Shown here: piece after piece, positions 26,597 through 29,645 of the stretch
How the letters are laid out: each line of letters begins with the position of its first letter
Numbering within the stretch: position 1 is the first letter of the stretch
Origin: a virus
Taxonomy: Duplodnaviria > Caudoviricetes
Virus record (IMG/VR): IMGVR_UViG_3300017707_001293
Location: 1 to 29,645 of that record
Length of the DNA: 29,645 nt
Strand: one strand, 5' to 3'
Program-made: the position numbers and the translations under genes
Notes under the pieces: generated by a model
The model's input: the letters and a program-made list of their open reading frames with translations, nothing else
Told to the model about the DNA's origin: nothing
Databases searched by the model: none

Positions 26597-28407
26597 TCAA
26601 CCCCAACGTCGCCCCCGGTGGAAACGTCATCCGCACGGAGGACATCCAGGGCGTTCAGTTCCAAGCCGTCAAGCTGGTGTTGGGTGCTGTGAATATCGAC
26701 GACGGCGACGTGTCGAGCTCCAACCCGATGCCCGTATCGTTGGCTTCAACTCCCCTGCCTCCCGGCGCGGCTACGGAAGCCACGCTGAGCGCGATCAACA
26801 CGAAGACCCCGGCGCTCGGTGCAGCAGCTAAGGCTGCGAGTGTTCCGGTCAACATCGCATCCGATCAAACGGTGCCCGTAGAGTTGTTTGGCACCGACGA
26901 CTCCGGTCAGATGCGAGCGTTCCACGCCGATACTGACGGACATCTTGAGGTCGCCATCCACGGGCCAAGGACGCCCTTTGGGGCTCTCCACACAGAGCGT
27001 CTCCATCCCATATTCCAAGCCGACGCAGTTTACGGTATCAACGCTCAACTCGCGCTAGCCAATACATCCGGATCTGGAGTTGCCACAGCCGAGAGCGGTC
27101 TCTTTAAGGTGGCTACCGGGACTACCATCTACTCGTTCGGTGTTGTTCAATCCCGAAAGCGCCTTCGCTACCGCCCAGGCCAAGGATCTTCCGCGCGGTT
27201 TACAACAGTGTTTCCTGCGTCCGCAGCCCAGAGTATCCTGGTGGCCGGGGTGGGGCATTCCGAGGACGGCTACTTCATAGGATACAACGGAACGTCTTTT
27301 GGGATCTTACACAGCTATCGAGGACGCCGCGAGATCCGAACGCTCACCATCACCACGGGATCCAGCACGGCAGAAAACGTCACGGTGCGACTCAATGGAA
27401 CGAATTACTCAGTAGCCGTAACAACTGGCGGCAATGTCTACAAAACAGCCTATGAGATTTCTTTGGGGACGTATGCTGGGTGGACCGCAGAAGCTGTTGG
27501 TGCCACCGTTGTTTTCATCCGATCCAGCGCAGGTCTCGCGGACACGGGAACCTACACGTTGACGGCGACAACAGCTGTTGGGGCGTTCGCTCAGACACGC
27601 GCAGGTGTGGCTGCTACGGATGTGTGGGTGGCTCAGAGCTCTTGGAACGGCGACAAGATGGATGGAACCGGACCCAGTGGCGTGACGCTAGATCCGACAA
27701 AGGGGAACATCTGGCGAATCGACATGCAGTATCTAGGGTTCGGCACGGTCCAATTCTTGTGCGAGATAGCTCCGTCAGATAACAACCCCACTTTCGTGGT
27801 ATGCCACACGATACGTTGGCCCAACTCCAATGCCCTAACGAACGTCCGAAATCCATCGTTTCCGTTCACCTTGGCGGCATACAGCGCGGGATCCACAACC
27901 AACCTAAACGTCTATTCAGGGTCTTTCGCGGGGTTTATCGAGGGGGATAAAGTTATGAACGGTCCTCGGATTACCTACAACAACACCATCACAACGGCGG
28001 GAGCCGTCAACTACCAAGCCTTGTTCACGGTGCGGAACACGCGATACTACAATGGTGAGGTGAACCAGAGCGTCATAAATTTGATCTCTTTCGCGGCAGC
28101 TTTGGAGCACACTCAACCGGGATCCATTTTTCTGATTCGCAACGGGACGCTCGGAGGAAACCCTAACTTTGTAAGCGCAGGCCCGACGTCGTGCGCCATG
28201 GTGGACACGGCAGCCACAACGGTAACGCCAGCATCCACCTCAGACCTCTTGATCTCTATCCCGCTACCTAAGATAGGTAGCGTTCAGCTTCCCGTGTTAG
28301 ACGAGCTGACATTGCAGCCCGGGGAGTGGGTTACGCTCGCCGCTAAGATGTCCAGCGGAACAGCGTCCCACTGCTCGGGGTCGCTCAACACCCGCGAGGA
28401 CCAATGA
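26572..28407 (+). CDS. Beta-rich virion-associated protein (611 aa)
   Basis: Long ORF with NPMPVS motif, RYRPGQG, DGYFIG, IDMQYLGFGTV; probable lectin-like jelly roll. Confidence 0.75.
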   Translation: MANDNTRVINPNVAPGGNVIRTEDIQGVQFQAVKLVLGAVNIDDGDVSSSNPMPVSLASTPLPPGAATEATLSAINTKTPALGAAAKAASVPVNIASDQTVPVELFGTDDSGQMRAFHADTDGHLEVAIHGPRTPFGALHTERLHPIFQADAVYGINAQLALANTSGSGVATAESGLFKVATGTTIYSFGVVQSRKRLRYRPGQGSSARFTTVFPASAAQSILVAGVGHSEDGYFIGYNGTSFGILHSYRGRREIRTLTITTGSSTAENVTVRLNGTNYSVAVTTGGNVYKTAYEISLGTYAGWTAEAVGATVVFIRSSAGLADTGTYTLTATTAVGAFAQTRAGVAATDVWVAQSSWNGDKMDGTGPSGVTLDPTKGNIWRIDMQYLGFGTVQFLCEIAPSDNNPTFVVCHTIRWPNSNALTNVRNPSFPFTLAAYSAGSTTNLNVYSGSFAGFIEGDKVMNGPRITYNNTITTAGAVNYQALFTVRNTRYYNGEVNQSVINLISFAAALEHTQPGSIFLIRNGTLGGNPNFVSAGPTSCAMVDTAATTVTPASTSDLLISIPLPKIGSVQLPVLDELTLQPGEWVTLAAKMSSGTASHCSGSLNTREDQ

Positions 28408-28574
28408 TCCCGCTCCTGTGGCAATGGTGGGAGGCCCCGATCGTGATCCCGGGTGGGCGTAGCAGGAATCGCCGGGAAGAGCCTGCCCCTTTGCGACCGC
28501 CGCCATGGGACGGGGAGGACGAAGATTTTGAAGTGGTAGCCGTGCTGACACGGTGGTTAGATCGAGAACAATGA
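28404..28574 (+). CDS. Small hypothetical protein (56 aa), not in ORF track
   Basis: MIPLLWQWWEAPIVIPGGRSRNRREEPAPLRPPPWDGEDEDFEVVAVLTRWLDREQ; ATGA overlaps at both ends fill the gap exactly. Confidence 0.7.
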   Translation: MIPLLWQWWEAPIVIPGGRSRNRREEPAPLRPPPWDGEDEDFEVVAVLTRWLDREQ

Positions 28575-29645
28575 GAACGCTGCGTGATTGTCTAGAACAG
28601 GCGATGCCTCCCAAGGGCAAGCGTCCCTCTGCGTTGTTCAAGTCCGACAGCAAGGCTTTGATGGATCGGATGCAATCCTACGTCAAGGACGGCTACGATC
28701 CGCAGAAGGCATCCGTCGCAGCACTCGATTGGTTGGAGAGCCAGATCCGATCCCAGCTCTCCGACGTCTACACCCAGGTCGGCAGGAAACAACAAAATGA
28801 AAAAGAAACCAGAAGCCAAGGAAACCAAGAAACACGAAATGAAGGAGCACAAGGCGAAAGCCAAGGGCAAAAAGACGAAGTGCTGCAAGTAGGTCTCTCG
28901 CCTGACGAGATCACTCGGGATAGTAGGGTCCTCGACCCTGAGTTGATTCGCCGCCTTGAGTCTGAGCCCAAGATCAAAGCCTTCCGGTCCATGCAGGTTA
29001 TCGACGGCAAGCTCTACCCCCCAATGTCGGCTAAAGTCGGGGGCGTGCTCCGCGAACCTACCAACATTGGGGAGTGGGTTCAGGCCGACGAGAACCCTGA
29101 GCTCATCGACAAGGACGGAAGGTTCAAGCTCGACAAGGGTAACAAGAAATCTGTTCCCGCACGGTACAACCCCTACATACACTCCTCTTGGTCTCCGTTG
29201 AACGATCAGTTTTCGGAAGCCTACAACCGCCCAAACTTGGTCACAGTGGAGGTCGAGATACCCAAGAGCGAACTAACCAGCGGCTACAAGGCAGACAAAG
29301 CCAAGGACGCTGTCGGTGAGGTTCAGTGGCCTGCGGGGCCTGTGAGCCGTCAGTTTCCTGCAGACAAAAAGCGCACCGTAATCCTATCCCGATGGGCCAA
29401 GGTCACGCGTATCGTGTCCGACAGCGAGGTAGCTACGAAAGTGGCAGAAATGCTAAAGGGTCTTGGGGTGACTGTCCCGTGGAACGTCGTCACCCCGTCG
29501 CTGAACGAGGAGCTTCGCAACAAGGGTGTTGCTGTGGCTGACCGACCTGCCGTAAGGGAGTCCCGCGTCACACCAACCCAAGACATCCGCGAGTCCCGCA
29601 CCAACCCGTCCTACCAAGGCACGGGGGAGACCAAGCCTTCGGAGA
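28571..29645 (+). CDS. Large polyvalent/ejection protein, 5' part (runs off window)
   Basis: Open from ATG 28571 (MRTLRDCLEQ...) to the window end; contains KAFRSMQVIDGKLYPPM...RYNPYIHSS...NDQFS.AYNRPNLVTVEVE. Confidence 0.85.
   Translation, partial: MRTLRDCLEQAMPPKGKRPSALFKSDSKALMDRMQSYVKDGYDPQKASVAALDWLESQIRSQLSDVYTQVGRKQQNEKETRSQGNQETRNEGAQGESQGQKDEVLQVGLSPDEITRDSRVLDPELIRRLESEPKIKAFRSMQVIDGKLYPPMSAKVGGVLREPTNIGEWVQADENPELIDKDGRFKLDKGNKKSVPARYNPYIHSSWSPLNDQFSEAYNRPNLVTVEVEIPKSELTSGYKADKAKDAVGEVQWPAGPVSRQFPADKKRTVILSRWAKVTRIVSDSEVATKVAEMLKGLGVTVPWNVVTPSLNEELRNKGVAVADRPAVRESRVTPTQDIRESRTNPSYQGTGETKPSE
28580..28593 (+). repeat. Direct repeat copy 2 (CTGCGTGATTGTCT)
   Basis: 13/14 identical to 26262-26275. 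Confidence 0.8.
28797..28892 (+). CDS. Nested out-of-frame Lys-rich microprotein (31 aa)
   Basis: MKKKPEAKETKKHEMKEHKAKAKGKKTKCCK*; AGGA plus A-rich spacer upstream; +1 frame inside the 28571 gene. Confidence 0.55.
   Translation: MKKKPEAKETKKHEMKEHKAKAKGKKTKCCK

Noticed and set aside
26282-28574. Intron, intein or transposon explaining the cassette
   Set aside because: No homing endonuclease, maturase or transposase motifs; the cassette is fully coding with coupled genes.

Overview
This window is the packaging and morphogenesis arm of a GC-rich, short-tailed (podovirus-like) dsDNA phage; every credible gene is on the + strand. Gene order: non-coding repeat-rich left end, small ORF, HTH terminase small subunit, terminase large subunit, Cys-rich small protein, portal, a three-gene glycan-modifying block (GT2-like glycosyltransferase, SAM methyltransferase, GH130-like five-bladed beta-propeller), small protein, scaffold, a structured intergenic leader, major capsid protein and terminator, head/tail fibre-like proteins (one with an apparent Sec signal peptide and an AT-rich swapped LamG/CBM segment), a holin-like/lipoprotein block without endolysin, a beta-helix tailspike, nozzle, collar-like and adaptor proteins, and ejection/polyvalent proteins. 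Between two large ejection-type genes lies a 2.3-kb three-gene cassette bounded by a 13/14-bp direct repeat encoding LRDCL. The last gene runs off the window and hides an out-of-frame Lys-rich ORF. No integrase, tRNA, rRNA, CRISPR or reverse transcriptase was seen. All functional calls come from motif recognition and synteny, not database searches.
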